DNA from: a virus
Lineage: Duplodnaviria > Caudoviricetes
Length of the DNA: 64,000 nt
IMG/VR virus record: IMGVR_UViG_3300033075_001021
Reading direction: 5' to 3' (one strand)
Translations under genes and position numbers: made by a program
Shown here: piece by piece, positions 21,247 to 30,872 of the stretch
How the letters are laid out: the number at the start of each line of letters is the position of its first letter
How positions within the stretch are numbered: the first letter of the stretch is position 1
The notes under the pieces: generated by a model
The model's input: the letters and a program-made list of their open reading frames with translations, nothing else
What the model was told of the DNA's origin: nothing
Databases searched by the model: none

Positions 21247-21443
21247 ATAATAAAACAAAAAACTAAAGAGTCGAACCACCTAATTTCCACATCATATTAA
21301 TAACCAATTAATTAATTAATTAATTATGTCAAGTAAAGTATAAATATTAACGCTGATAAGAGCGATACGGATATTTATTTAATAGACATACAGTTTGTCT
21401 AAAGGGGTTATTAACCCATAACATTAAAATAAATTTATTTTAA

Positions 21444-21629
21444 ATGAACAAAATCATTAAAGAAAATGATGAAAAATATTTCATCACTTGTGGTGACTGT
21501 AACACTCATTTTGAATATACTATAACAGATGTTAAACCATTTACTGGATGGGTATTAGGTAAAATATCTGATTATGTTATATGTCCAAAGTGCAATAAAC
21601 AAGTAGACCACATTAAGGGCAAAATTTAG
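21444..21629 (+). CDS. Small zinc-binding protein
   Basis: CGDC...CPKC. Confidence 0.6.
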   Translation: MNKIIKENDEKYFITCGDCNTHFEYTITDVKPFTGWVLGKISDYVICPKCNKQVDHIKGKI

Positions 21630-22299
21630 ACCCTTTAGAAAGATTATCTGGCCACCATAGTGGTTGCAGATTATTCAACGCCCAACAAGCTTTAAACTCT
21701 GGGTCATCAGGACTTTCGAATTTAAAGCTTGACATTGGGCGAATATGGTCTACATGCCATTGACCATAATTATCCCATGTCATCCCATCAACAAATTGTT
21801 TTTCCAAGTGCTGCATTAATTCCTCTATTGTATAACCAAGTAATTCAAATGTAGAACGATATTTAGCAACATTAGCTTCTTTAAGACATGTATAAACGGC
21901 TGTTCTTGTTCTAGCTGCTAATCTATATTTTGGGTCCTCAGCACGACGCTTACGTTCGTATTCACGTTTGTATATATTTACATGTTCTTTATTCTTTTTA
22001 CGCCATTCAGTATGTTTTTCACGTAAATACCCCCTATTTTCATTAGCCCATTCTTTATATGATTTACTAATTTCTTTTTTATTTTTACTATAATAACGTT
22101 TATTGGCCTCACTTTTACCACCAATATTACGTCTTCCTGATGTATTAAATATAACGCCATTTTCTCTAAGTGTTCTAATTATAATAGTTTTATGAATACC
22201 CATATGTTTACTTATTGTTGTACAACCCAATAAGTTTTCATTATACATTCTTAAGCATTCATCTATTTGTTCTTTTGTTAATTCGATTTTCTTACTCAT
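21613..22299 (-). mobile_element. HNH-type free-standing endonuclease
   Basis: GMTWDNYGQWHVDHIRP..NLQPLW..DNLSKG; N-terminal HTH and charged helix. Confidence 0.8.
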
Positions 22300-22346
22300 A
22301 ACTATAAATATACTAATAAAAGATTAAAAGGTCAAGTAATACAAAT

Positions 22347-22376
22347 AAAAAAGGTGAGAAAAATCTCACCCTTTTT
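22347..22376 (-). terminator. Terminator after major capsid gene
   Basis: GGTGAGA/TCTCACC stem with A and T tails. Confidence 0.8.
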
Positions 22377-22394
22377 ATTATATAGATAGTTTTA

Positions 22395-24287
22395 TTATCT
22401 AAGTTCAGCAACATTGAATGTTGGAACACCATCGACACGTACATGGCCGTAAAAGCGGTTATTCACAACTTTTTTAGCGTAACGAGTCATGATACCTTTA
22501 ACTGGAGCAAAGTTGAAAGGATTGTACATAGTTGGGGTCAACTGAAGAGGTACATACGGAGCGTAAATGTAACCAGTGTCCAACAATGACTTACCTTTGT
22601 GACCAACAATTACTGAGTAAGCTGGTGCATATGGGTCACGATATACTTGATATCTACCGCTTAATGTACCGATTCTTTCAATACCCATGTTGTATTGGTC
22701 TTGCTCTGGGTTAGCATCACTTACGTGGAAATACTCAAGGTCATCGAATACAGCTGAAATTTCAGAAGATACAACGATGAAGTTTGCACCACCACGAAGA
22801 GTTGATTTGTGGATTTGAGCTGAAAGTTGGTTAACTCTAGTAATAAGAGTTTGGTTCCAGTCTTTCTGAGTGTATGGGCTAGCAGCAGAAGAAGCTTTTC
22901 TCCAACCGTTGTAGTCCCAACGTAATTGCCATGCAGCAGCTTTACGTAAGTCTCTCAAGATTTCTCTATCGATTTCAGCAGCAACCTGCTCAGACAACAT
23001 AGCTGTTAATTCAGCTTCTGCGTCGATATTGTGGAATGCGCTTACGTCTTGAGCCAATTCAGGAGACCAAGTAGCTCTTAATTTTCTTTCTTCAACAGCT
23101 ACAACAACTTCATCAAGTTTGAATGAAACTTCACCAAGTTCAGTTTCAAGTTCCAATGAAGCGTATTCAGCCCATGCGAATACATATGCTGGGTTAGTTG
23201 TTAAACCAGATACAGTACCTAAGATACCACCAGTTGTACCAGTAGCACCAACGTAACCGTCATAAGTAGCTGTACCAGCAGCAGCTGTACCAGAAGCAGT
23301 AGTACCTACTGGGTGACGAAGGTCAAGCTCAATGTACATAAGACCATTAGGGGTAGTTAAAGTACCACCTGGGCCGTTTTGTACGATACCTTTACCGTAT
23401 TGTTGAGTAACGATACGAAGAGGAACCTCGCCACCAGCAGCGATGATTACGTTACCATCTGGGTCTTTAATTGCGTTTGTAGTAGTACAAATCAATGAAG
23501 CCAAGAATGATTCAGTATCCATGTTGTTACCATCAGGACCAGTCAATACTTCACGGCCATTTGCTGAACCAGCACCGCCAGTGAAACCTGAAAGACCGAT
23601 GATTACGCTTCTTACAGTACCATCAGTAGCCAAAGGCAATACTGAGCTAGCAGAAGCAACAGACAATGAACCGTCATTACCGAATGTATAAGCATTCAAA
23701 GAAGACATGTTTATTGTCTTGATAGTAAGAGTACCTTTTGAGTTATCGAACATACCGTCATTGTAGAAAATGTCGTATAAGTTCTTAGCCATCCACTGAG
23801 TCAATGGAGTAGATGCTTTTGTTACAGCAACTGGCAAAGCAGCAGCAGTAGCAACACCATCGTGTTCACCGTTAAGACCAGTGTGAGCAGAGAAAGTTGT
23901 ACCATATGGAGTGGTAGCGTAGTCGTTACCAGCAACACCAGCAGAGTTAACACGGCTAGAAGTTTGAGGTACGAAATAGAACAATTTACCGATTGGCATG
24001 TTCATAGCTTGAACAGACACGATGTCGTTAGCAAGCAATTTAGAGAATACACGTCTTACGATTGGGAACACTACAGTTTCGAAAGAACCTGAAGAGTTAG
24101 CAGTAGTAGACTCATTCAAAAGTTGAGAAGCTTGGTTCTCATACAATTGAGCAATGTTCTCTTTTACGTGGCCTTTAAGACCATCAAGGAAACCAAGGCT
24201 ATCCCATTTTGCTTGGGTCTCTTTACGGATTGCCTTCATGTGGTTCAATCCAATGTTTCCAACTTGTCCAGAAGTTAATAAATTCAT
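22395..24287 (-). CDS. gp23: Major capsid protein, T4 gp23-like
   Basis: FPIVRRVF, VQAMNMPIG, RKLRATWSPELAQD, EIDREI, GYIYAPYVPL, GIMTRYA; start at MNLLTSG. Confidence 0.96.
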   Translation of the reverse strand: MNLLTSGQVGNIGLNHMKAIRKETQAKWDSLGFLDGLKGHVKENIAQLYENQASQLLNESTTANSSGSFETVVFPIVRRVFSKLLANDIVSVQAMNMPIGKLFYFVPQTSSRVNSAGVAGNDYATTPYGTTFSAHTGLNGEHDGVATAAALPVAVTKASTPLTQWMAKNLYDIFYNDGMFDNSKGTLTIKTINMSSLNAYTFGNDGSLSVASASSVLPLATDGTVRSVIIGLSGFTGGAGSANGREVLTGPDGNNMDTESFLASLICTTTNAIKDPDGNVIIAAGGEVPLRIVTQQYGKGIVQNGPGGTLTTPNGLMYIELDLRHPVGTTASGTAAAGTATYDGYVGATGTTGGILGTVSGLTTNPAYVFAWAEYASLELETELGEVSFKLDEVVVAVEERKLRATWSPELAQDVSAFHNIDAEAELTAMLSEQVAAEIDREILRDLRKAAAWQLRWDYNGWRKASSAASPYTQKDWNQTLITRVNQLSAQIHKSTLRGGANFIVVSSEISAVFDDLEYFHVSDANPEQDQYNMGIERIGTLSGRYQVYRDPYAPAYSVIVGHKGKSLLDTGYIYAPYVPLQLTPTMYNPFNFAPVKGIMTRYAKKVVNNRFYGHVRVDGVPTFNVAELR

Positions 24288-24312
24288 GGTTAGATTATTT
24301 TTTTGTTTTTTG

Positions 24313-25701
24313 TTATCTGTTTTCAACTCGCTTAATCAAATCTTTGATTCTTTGAGTAGAAGGGTCAACATACGCAGTAGCTTCATTAAGTTGTTTTGAG
24401 CTACTTGTAGTTACCTCTTTAATTATTTTGTTTTCTACCGATTCATTAATTGGCTTTCTAGTTGCCAATTCATTAGCGATAGTTTTGTATAACCTTTTTG
24501 ATTCTTTAAGGTTTGTAACCTCATCGTCGAATCTTTTGATGATTTCTTTTTTCTCATCTTTGGTAGTTGAGTGTTCCATAAACAACTTAGTTACATAACT
24601 AAGATTTGAATTGAATACAACTGTTTCCACCAACATATTTCTGAACTTCTTAAGCGCTTTTCTGAATTCTTCATTTTCAGCCTTAAGTTGTGCAGCTTCA
24701 GTTAATAACGTTTTGTACTTAGCTTCCGCTTCAGAAATGACCTTTTTAGATGATACAGATTCTTTTACAGATTTTGGATTTTCAGCTGCGCCGATTGAAC
24801 CGCCAGTTGTTTTGTTACGGTGGTTACCCACGCTCATACCAACACCAACAGCAATTTTTTCTTCAACAACATCTTCATCTTCTTCTTCGTCTTCCTCTTT
24901 TACCATCTCTTCGTCTTCTTCAGACTCTTCTTTAACCATTTCTTCGTCTTCTTCGGATTCTTCGTTAACAACTTCTTCGTCGTCCATAGCGATTTCATAC
25001 ATCATTTCGTCTTCGAATTCTTCAGAACCGTCATTGCTAATAGCAACTTCGTCTTCAAAGCCTTCTGAACCTTCTGAACCTTCTTCACCACCAATAGCAA
25101 CTTCGTCGCCACCAGCCATGTCATCAAGTCCTTCAAGTCCTTCTTCAGATTCATCCCCGATGCCTAAATCATTCTTTTTAATGATATATTCACCTGGTTC
25201 TGAAATGTTTACATGTACTTCGTCACCTACAACTTCGATTTCGTCTTCACCGCTAAGCTTTTTGTAGATTGCGATAACATCATCATCTGATGCACTTGTC
25301 ATATCTATTTCGTCTCCACCAAACGCATCATCTGCGTCCATTCCCATTTCTTGGTCATCTTCTGGACCAACTTCAGGAGCGTCAATAGCGTCATCAGAAT
25401 CATCAGAATCGGTTTCTGGTTCGGTTTCTTCTCCACCTTCTTCATCCCCTTCTGGTTCAGCGTCTGATTCGTCATCAGAACTAGCCTCATCTTCTTGGTC
25501 GTCAGATTCAGGAGCAGATTCGTCATCCTTTACCTCTTCTTCTTCGTATAACCCCTCTTCTTCGAGTGACTCTTTCACCATACCATCAATTTCTTCTCTC
25601 GCAACGGAGCGAAGTATTTCTTTGGTGTTGGCATTTAAAGCTTCTTGGATTTTTTGAACGTCCAACAAAGCTTCTTCATAGATAGATTTTTTGTCTGCCA
25701 T
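24313..25701 (-). CDS. Prohead core scaffold protein
   Basis: Very acidic with a coiled-coil C-terminus; lies between protease and capsid genes; tandem EESEEDEEMVK repeats. Confidence 0.75.
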   Translation of the reverse strand: MADKKSIYEEALLDVQKIQEALNANTKEILRSVAREEIDGMVKESLEEEGLYEEEEVKDDESAPESDDQEDEASSDDESDAEPEGDEEGGEETEPETDSDDSDDAIDAPEVGPEDDQEMGMDADDAFGGDEIDMTSASDDDVIAIYKKLSGEDEIEVVGDEVHVNISEPGEYIIKKNDLGIGDESEEGLEGLDDMAGGDEVAIGGEEGSEGSEGFEDEVAISNDGSEEFEDEMMYEIAMDDEEVVNEESEEDEEMVKEESEEDEEMVKEEDEEEDEDVVEEKIAVGVGMSVGNHRNKTTGGSIGAAENPKSVKESVSSKKVISEAEAKYKTLLTEAAQLKAENEEFRKALKKFRNMLVETVVFNSNLSYVTKLFMEHSTTKDEKKEIIKRFDDEVTNLKESKRLYKTIANELATRKPINESVENKIIKEVTTSSSKQLNEATAYVDPSTQRIKDLIKRVENR

Positions 25702-25830
25702 TTTTGTTATCTGTTTTGTTTTTATTACTTATAGTAAATAATAAAGTGAGGTTCACCCACTTACATAATAAATATATCTTTTTTTAAGAAAAACCATTTT
25801 TATAGGTAAAAAAATAAAAATTTCTTGTAT

Positions 25831-26532
25831 TTACCCCAATAAAAACTTATCTAAAGATTCGTTCAGATTAGTTTTCTTTGCAGAAACACTTTCAACGTAT
25901 GGCCTAGCTTCAGCTTTATCCTTAAACATCCATGAACCTGGCGTACTTGGAGCTGTTACAATATCCCAACAAATTAATTCAAAATCATCTTGTACAATAA
26001 AATCCCCTTTGACTTCCTTCAAGGAACCAACGCCCCTTGATGATACGCCAATCATATAGTTTTGCTGTAAGAAATGTGCTACTAAATCACCCTTTGTTGA
26101 AACAATACCAAAATTTATAAAACCTTTGGTCATTGGAATTTCCATCTTACCCATCAAGGTGTGACCTTCCCACCATGTTTCAATTATATTGTGTGAAACT
26201 CTGTCACCAGAGATTACGCTGGACTCTGGGTGGTCCAGCTCACCAAGCGCTCTTCTATGGCGAATTGCTTCTTGGTATATTTCATTTTGACGTACAAGTA
26301 TTTCTTTTGGATAGATTCTACCGTTACGATTCTTAACGCCGAACTTTTGTAATACGACATAAACAATTAAACTATCAGTATCATGATGTCCTAATTCTAT
26401 TTTTTTAAACTCTCTAATTAGAGCTTTATTTCTTGGTTCTTCTGGTGAAATATATCCAGCATCATGCTCAATTAAAAAGCCTGTTCCTGTTTCCCCAGCT
26501 TTCAAAATTTTTAATTCATCGTATGTCGCCAT
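25831..26532 (-). CDS. gp21: Prohead protease, T4 gp21-like
   Basis: NRNGRIYP, GELDHP, VSH, GVSSRGVGS, D.V..PS. Confidence 0.93.
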   Translation of the reverse strand: MATYDELKILKAGETGTGFLIEHDAGYISPEEPRNKALIREFKKIELGHHDTDSLIVYVVLQKFGVKNRNGRIYPKEILVRQNEIYQEAIRHRRALGELDHPESSVISGDRVSHNIIETWWEGHTLMGKMEIPMTKGFINFGIVSTKGDLVAHFLQQNYMIGVSSRGVGSLKEVKGDFIVQDDFELICWDIVTAPSTPGSWMFKDKAEARPYVESVSAKKTNLNESLDKFLLG

Positions 26533-26615
26533 ATCAATAGTTATTACAATAAATATGTGATATAACGAAAAAAGCCCCAATATTAGTTGAGGCTTAATTG
26601 TTTAATTAACTTGTC

Positions 26616-27059
26616 TTACTTTTTCTTCTTATAAAACTTAAAATGCCTTTCCCTATCAAAGACATCTTTAATCACTTTTTGAATAACTTCTTCAATAAAC
26701 GGCCATAATGATTCAGAATTAACTGGAGTTTCATACTTTTGAAATAATGTAATCTCTAGGTTTGTAAAACTACGCTTTCCATATTTTACGCCAGACTCCC
26801 TTATATCAAAATCTACAATAACTCTATCTTTTATAAATGGGGTGGTAATATTGCTATCTAAAACATTATAAACTGTCTGTCGAACCCTTTTATCTATATC
26901 CTTAATAATTCGATTATAGTTAAAATCCTCATCAGACTTAGGTTGAGCCCAAGTGGAAACGTTAATATATAACGCTTTTGGACATTTGTTGTTTACACTA
27001 CCAAAAACTACATTATAGTTCTTGAATTGATTGATTTTTAATTCTTTACCTTTTTTCAT
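26616..27059 (-). CDS. Hypothetical protein
   Basis: 147 aa; TTGACA-N17-TATACT upstream (27103..27075). Confidence 0.7.
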   Translation of the reverse strand: MKKGKELKINQFKNYNVVFGSVNNKCPKALYINVSTWAQPKSDEDFNYNRIIKDIDKRVRQTVYNVLDSNITTPFIKDRVIVDFDIRESGVKYGKRSFTNLEITLFQKYETPVNSESLWPFIEEVIQKVIKDVFDRERHFKFYKKKK

Positions 27060-27105
27060 ACCTGGTTTTTTACAAGTATATGAAAAAAAAATGAAAGTGT
27101 CAAAT

Positions 27106-27696
27106 TTATTGTAAAACCCCTCTTTTAAGGAGTAAAATTCTTTGACATTTTGCTTTAATATCTAAAATGTCATCATCTGATAATTGAATATTATCAGCCG
27201 TGGAAATCAAAGACACACAACCATCTACCAATGAACTACCAAGTCTAAAATTCCATGCTTCTTTAATACCATACATTCTGTGAGTTATTTTAATCCCATC
27301 ATCGTGATAGTCGTCATCAATTACAACATACCCCTTCGGTGTTTTTTCTAACTCCACCAGCATACTGGCAACTAAACTACATGGAATGTTTTGAAATTCT
27401 AATATGATTGGCTTAGTTATTTCATCGGTTGATTCATTTCTCATCGTTGCGTTTTTAAAACCAAATCCAGCCAACGATGTTGTACCATTATGATATTCAA
27501 TCAAAGAAACCCTATTGAAACCATATGTACTTCTTAGCTCAAAAAGAACTTTGTTAATTTCATCATCAACTTCTAACCTTTTACCAAAACGATTTTTTAT
27601 TTTTCTATTCTTAATTTGTTTAATAATAGGTGAGCTTAATAAAAAAATAACCATTGTTCCGATAATAGTTCCTAATGCTTCATAGATTTTTTCCAT
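27106..27696 (-). CDS. Possible holin (one N-terminal TM plus soluble domain, T4 T-like layout)
   Basis: N-terminal TM helix; YHNG motif. Confidence 0.45.
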   Translation of the reverse strand: MEKIYEALGTIIGTMVIFLLSSPIIKQIKNRKIKNRFGKRLEVDDEINKVLFELRSTYGFNRVSLIEYHNGTTSLAGFGFKNATMRNESTDEITKPIILEFQNIPCSLVASMLVELEKTPKGYVVIDDDYHDDGIKITHRMYGIKEAWNFRLGSSLVDGCVSLISTADNIQLSDDDILDIKAKCQRILLLKRGVLQ

Positions 27697-28469
27697 TACT
27701 GTTTTAAATTTTCTTTTAATTCCATTATTTTACTCATCTTTTCAAGAAAATTTTCTTGCGTTATCTCAACATTTTCTAATAGTTTTGATTTAACTGATGA
27801 CAATTTTTCCTTTGGAGTACTAGAATCGGACAACAATGTATCAATTAAAACAACACACTCATTAACAAGTGTTGAGTAAGTTTCTTTTTTCTCGTCAAGC
27901 GATGAACTAATTAGTTTCTTTAAAACAGTTTTATCACTTTCGTTTAGGTTAGAATATTTTTCATTGTATTTTTCAACCATTAATTTTGCCAAAACACTAA
28001 CAGGTAAATCAATTGATTCAACAATAGCTTTTGATTTTTCTTTTTGAATGTAAGTACTAAGCTTTTTCAATTCTTCAGTAATTACATTTATAGTTTTTGG
28101 TTGTCTTTTTGTAAAAATTAACTTTGAGATTGACTCATGAATTTGTGACATATTGGTTTCTTCGTCTAACCTTGACTGAAAACTACCTAACATATCAACA
28201 AGCTTTTTGTTCTCAGTTAATATGTCTTTTGGGTTGTATTTTTCTAAGAGTTTAATGTTTTCAGAAACAAAAATGCTGGCCAATATTGCATCGTTCTCAT
28301 ATTTGGTTTCAATATTATTATAAACCAAAAACTGAGTTTTTAATATTTCACTTTCTTTAATCGCCTTAATATAACGCTTAAATAATACTTTAGCGGAATC
28401 ATTTTTTGTGACAATTCCTTCCACTAAAACACTATTAAAAACATTTTTTATTTTGCCAAAATTTTGCAT
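27696..28469 (-). CDS. Hypothetical head-module protein
   Basis: 257 aa, helical, downstream of portal. Confidence 0.7.
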   Translation of the reverse strand: MQNFGKIKNVFNSVLVEGIVTKNDSAKVLFKRYIKAIKESEILKTQFLVYNNIETKYENDAILASIFVSENIKLLEKYNPKDILTENKKLVDMLGSFQSRLDEETNMSQIHESISKLIFTKRQPKTINVITEELKKLSTYIQKEKSKAIVESIDLPVSVLAKLMVEKYNEKYSNLNESDKTVLKKLISSSLDEKKETYSTLVNECVVLIDTLLSDSSTPKEKLSSVKSKLLENVEITQENFLEKMSKIMELKENLKQ

Positions 28470-28513
28470 AATTTCAGTTTATAAATAAATATCAAAATTT
28501 TGGTAAAAAACAA

Positions 28514-30568
28514 TTAACTTCCAAGCATTTCGTCAATATCACGAATCATATTATTTACGCTCTCATTAATTTTTACGTTTTTATCGTAAATTTTGACATT
28601 TTCATTGGTTTTCTGCTCATGGTCAACGCCAGAAATTAATTTATTAATAAACCTATTTTGGTACCTTTCGGTTCTAGATTTAAGCTTTTCATTCAATTTC
28701 TTTTTCTCTTCCAATAAGAGCTTTTCCATTTTTTTGATTGTTTCAGCTGTTTGTTCTGGTGTTTCAGCTGTTTTTTCTTCAGCGGCACCCAATTCCTCAG
28801 CCGCACCAGTTTCACCACCAGCTTCAGTTGCAGCCTCACCACCAGCCACTTCTTCAGCTTCAGCACCTTCAGGACCACCAAAGTCCAAATCTTCTGGTGT
28901 TACGCCACCGCCACCAAAACCACCGCCGCCACCAACAGCGCCACCTGTTGCACCTTCCTCACCCTCTTGTGGTGGTGCACCGCCACCTTTAAGGGCCAAT
29001 TGGTAATCACCATAGATTCTATCAACGGTATCGAAAATACCAGTGTGTTTAATAACATTAGCCGTATTCTGCAATTCAGCAGCCGCAGCTTTTTCCATTC
29101 TTTGTTCGATGAAGTCTTGCTTAATTTCATTATCAGACCAACCTAAGATTTCTCTCTTAGCACGTGTCATTGACATAGGGGCAAAACCATTACCAATATC
29201 ACTAGTTGCATCTTTAAATAATGTAATTTTAAGCTGCAAGTGCTCAACTTTAAGCATTTCAGCTTGTGTTGACGGATTATTAAGGGTTAATGTAAAATTA
29301 TCAAGGTCATCTTCAAAACCCAACAAATACAAGTGTATAATAACAATTTTATTAAGTTCTTGTAACATAGCTTGTTGAATACGGTTAACCGTTCTTGAAA
29401 AACGAATATCTTGCAATGCAAGGTTTTTACCCTCACCAGTTGTTTCGTCAAAACCTAAAAATGGTTTTGGTACCCTCAATGCTGTAAACAATTTCTTTTG
29501 AAGATATTCAATATCAGCAATTTGGTCAAGGTTTGCAGCACCTGGCAAAGTATCAATTGGGCTAGGTGCATCTTCACTTCTAACAGGAATGAAGTAATCT
29601 TGGTCGTTAGATAATTGATTATATCTTAAATCAATCTGACCAGTTTGTGGGTCAATAACAGGAGTACGTTTAAATCTATTCGCAATTTCATTTACATATG
29701 CTTCAACGTCCTTGTCATCAATATTACCAACATAAATCTTATAAATTCTTCTTTCTGGGGCCCTTGTTACACGATAAACAAGCATAGCGTCTTCAGATAA
29801 AATAAGCTGCTTCCAAATTCTTCTAGCCTTTTCAAGCATTGAAGTACCATATGGTAATCTTCTATCATCACCTAATAATCTAAAGTGGGCCATTTGCCAT
29901 GAATTAAATTCAACATCACGCCCCCTCCAATAAAACTTAACCTTATCAGTTTGATAATCCTCATCAGTTCTTTGTGTCAACATATCAAATAACCCACCAT
30001 CACGTCGTTCCATTTCATAGTTAGGCATTTGTTTAGCACCAATAACACCATTTTTATCATCAATATTTAGATATACAAAATTATCACCATATTTACAAGT
30101 ATTTCTAGTCCACATTGGAAGAGATGTATGTATATCCAATCTATTAAATAAAAGGTCTTCAATAATGGTTTTTACTCTTTTTGAATCAGAATAAACATTA
30201 ATCATTCTACCGTTTGAATTTAATGTAGTAGATTCTTCCATCATAATATCTAACGCAGCCGCAATTTCTGGATAAAATTCCATAGCCTCAAAGTCGGAAT
30301 ATGAACCAATTCTAGTTGTTTCATAGTTAACCGCTTGTTGGAAAAGTCCGTTTTCAACCTTCCTCCACATGGAACCAAGATATTTGTTTTGCTGAGCTTG
30401 AAGCTTAGCCATTTCATATTCTTTCTTATCTTGGGTTTTTAAAAGAACTTCCTTACCAGCCTTATATCTAGGGACCTGTTGTTGAGGTTGTTCAACCTTT
30501 GTTTTAACACCATCTGGGCCTAAAATCATACCCAGTTTTTGGAAAATTGTTAAATTCTGTTTTGCCAT
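28514..30568 (-). CDS. gp20: Portal protein, T4 gp20-like
   Basis: EDAMLVYRVTRAPERRIYKIYVGN; IDTLPG; DIEYLQKKLFTALRVP. Confidence 0.95.
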   Translation of the reverse strand: MAKQNLTIFQKLGMILGPDGVKTKVEQPQQQVPRYKAGKEVLLKTQDKKEYEMAKLQAQQNKYLGSMWRKVENGLFQQAVNYETTRIGSYSDFEAMEFYPEIAAALDIMMEESTTLNSNGRMINVYSDSKRVKTIIEDLLFNRLDIHTSLPMWTRNTCKYGDNFVYLNIDDKNGVIGAKQMPNYEMERRDGGLFDMLTQRTDEDYQTDKVKFYWRGRDVEFNSWQMAHFRLLGDDRRLPYGTSMLEKARRIWKQLILSEDAMLVYRVTRAPERRIYKIYVGNIDDKDVEAYVNEIANRFKRTPVIDPQTGQIDLRYNQLSNDQDYFIPVRSEDAPSPIDTLPGAANLDQIADIEYLQKKLFTALRVPKPFLGFDETTGEGKNLALQDIRFSRTVNRIQQAMLQELNKIVIIHLYLLGFEDDLDNFTLTLNNPSTQAEMLKVEHLQLKITLFKDATSDIGNGFAPMSMTRAKREILGWSDNEIKQDFIEQRMEKAAAAELQNTANVIKHTGIFDTVDRIYGDYQLALKGGGAPPQEGEEGATGGAVGGGGGFGGGGVTPEDLDFGGPEGAEAEEVAGGEAATEAGGETGAAEELGAAEEKTAETPEQTAETIKKMEKLLLEEKKKLNEKLKSRTERYQNRFINKLISGVDHEQKTNENVKIYDKNVKINESVNNMIRDIDEMLGS

Positions 30569-30612
30569 AATTTGTTTTTAAAAAGATACTAGTTTTATTG
30601 ATAAAATAAAGA

Positions 30613-30861
30613 CTATTTTACATAGTCACATGCCACATATGCCAACCTTTTTGGCTCGGCTATATCAACAACTAGATTATACACATAAGTACAGTTCCAA
30701 TCTTCACCATTTGAATTTGCAGTAGCATTACAGAATCTTTGTGATTTCTTATTTCCAATACTACCACCAACGTTTTTAGTTACATTTTTCTCTGGACACC
30801 AAGTGTATAGATAATTATCATAGGTTTTTCGTGTGAAACAACCTCTCTTTTGGGCTCTCAT
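30613..30861 (-). CDS. Small Cys-rich hypothetical protein
   Basis: 82 aa between terminase and portal. Confidence 0.55.
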   Translation of the reverse strand: MRAQKRGCFTRKTYDNYLYTWCPEKNVTKNVGGSIGNKKSQRFCNATANSNGEDWNCTYVYNLVVDIAEPKRLAYVACDYVK

Positions 30862-30872
30862 AATTGTACGTT

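Noticed and set aside
21306-21325. (AATT)n palindromic run
   Set aside because: Low-complexity AT sequence in a promoter region with no supportable function
21613-22350. Possible orphan tail (QVIQIK vs QVDHIK) beyond the HNH gene next to gp23
   Set aside because: The match is too short and coincides with the promoter (TTGACC-N17-TATATT) and terminator; not counted as an end-replacement case
24870-24985. 33-nt tandem repeats as a CRISPR-like array
   Set aside because: In-frame coding repeats (EESEEDEEMVK) with no spacers
24611-25267. Long Ser-rich antisense ORF (likewise 28593..29006, 46184..46936, 47324..47851)
   Set aside because: Shadow ORFs of acidic or codon-biased genes on the opposite strand
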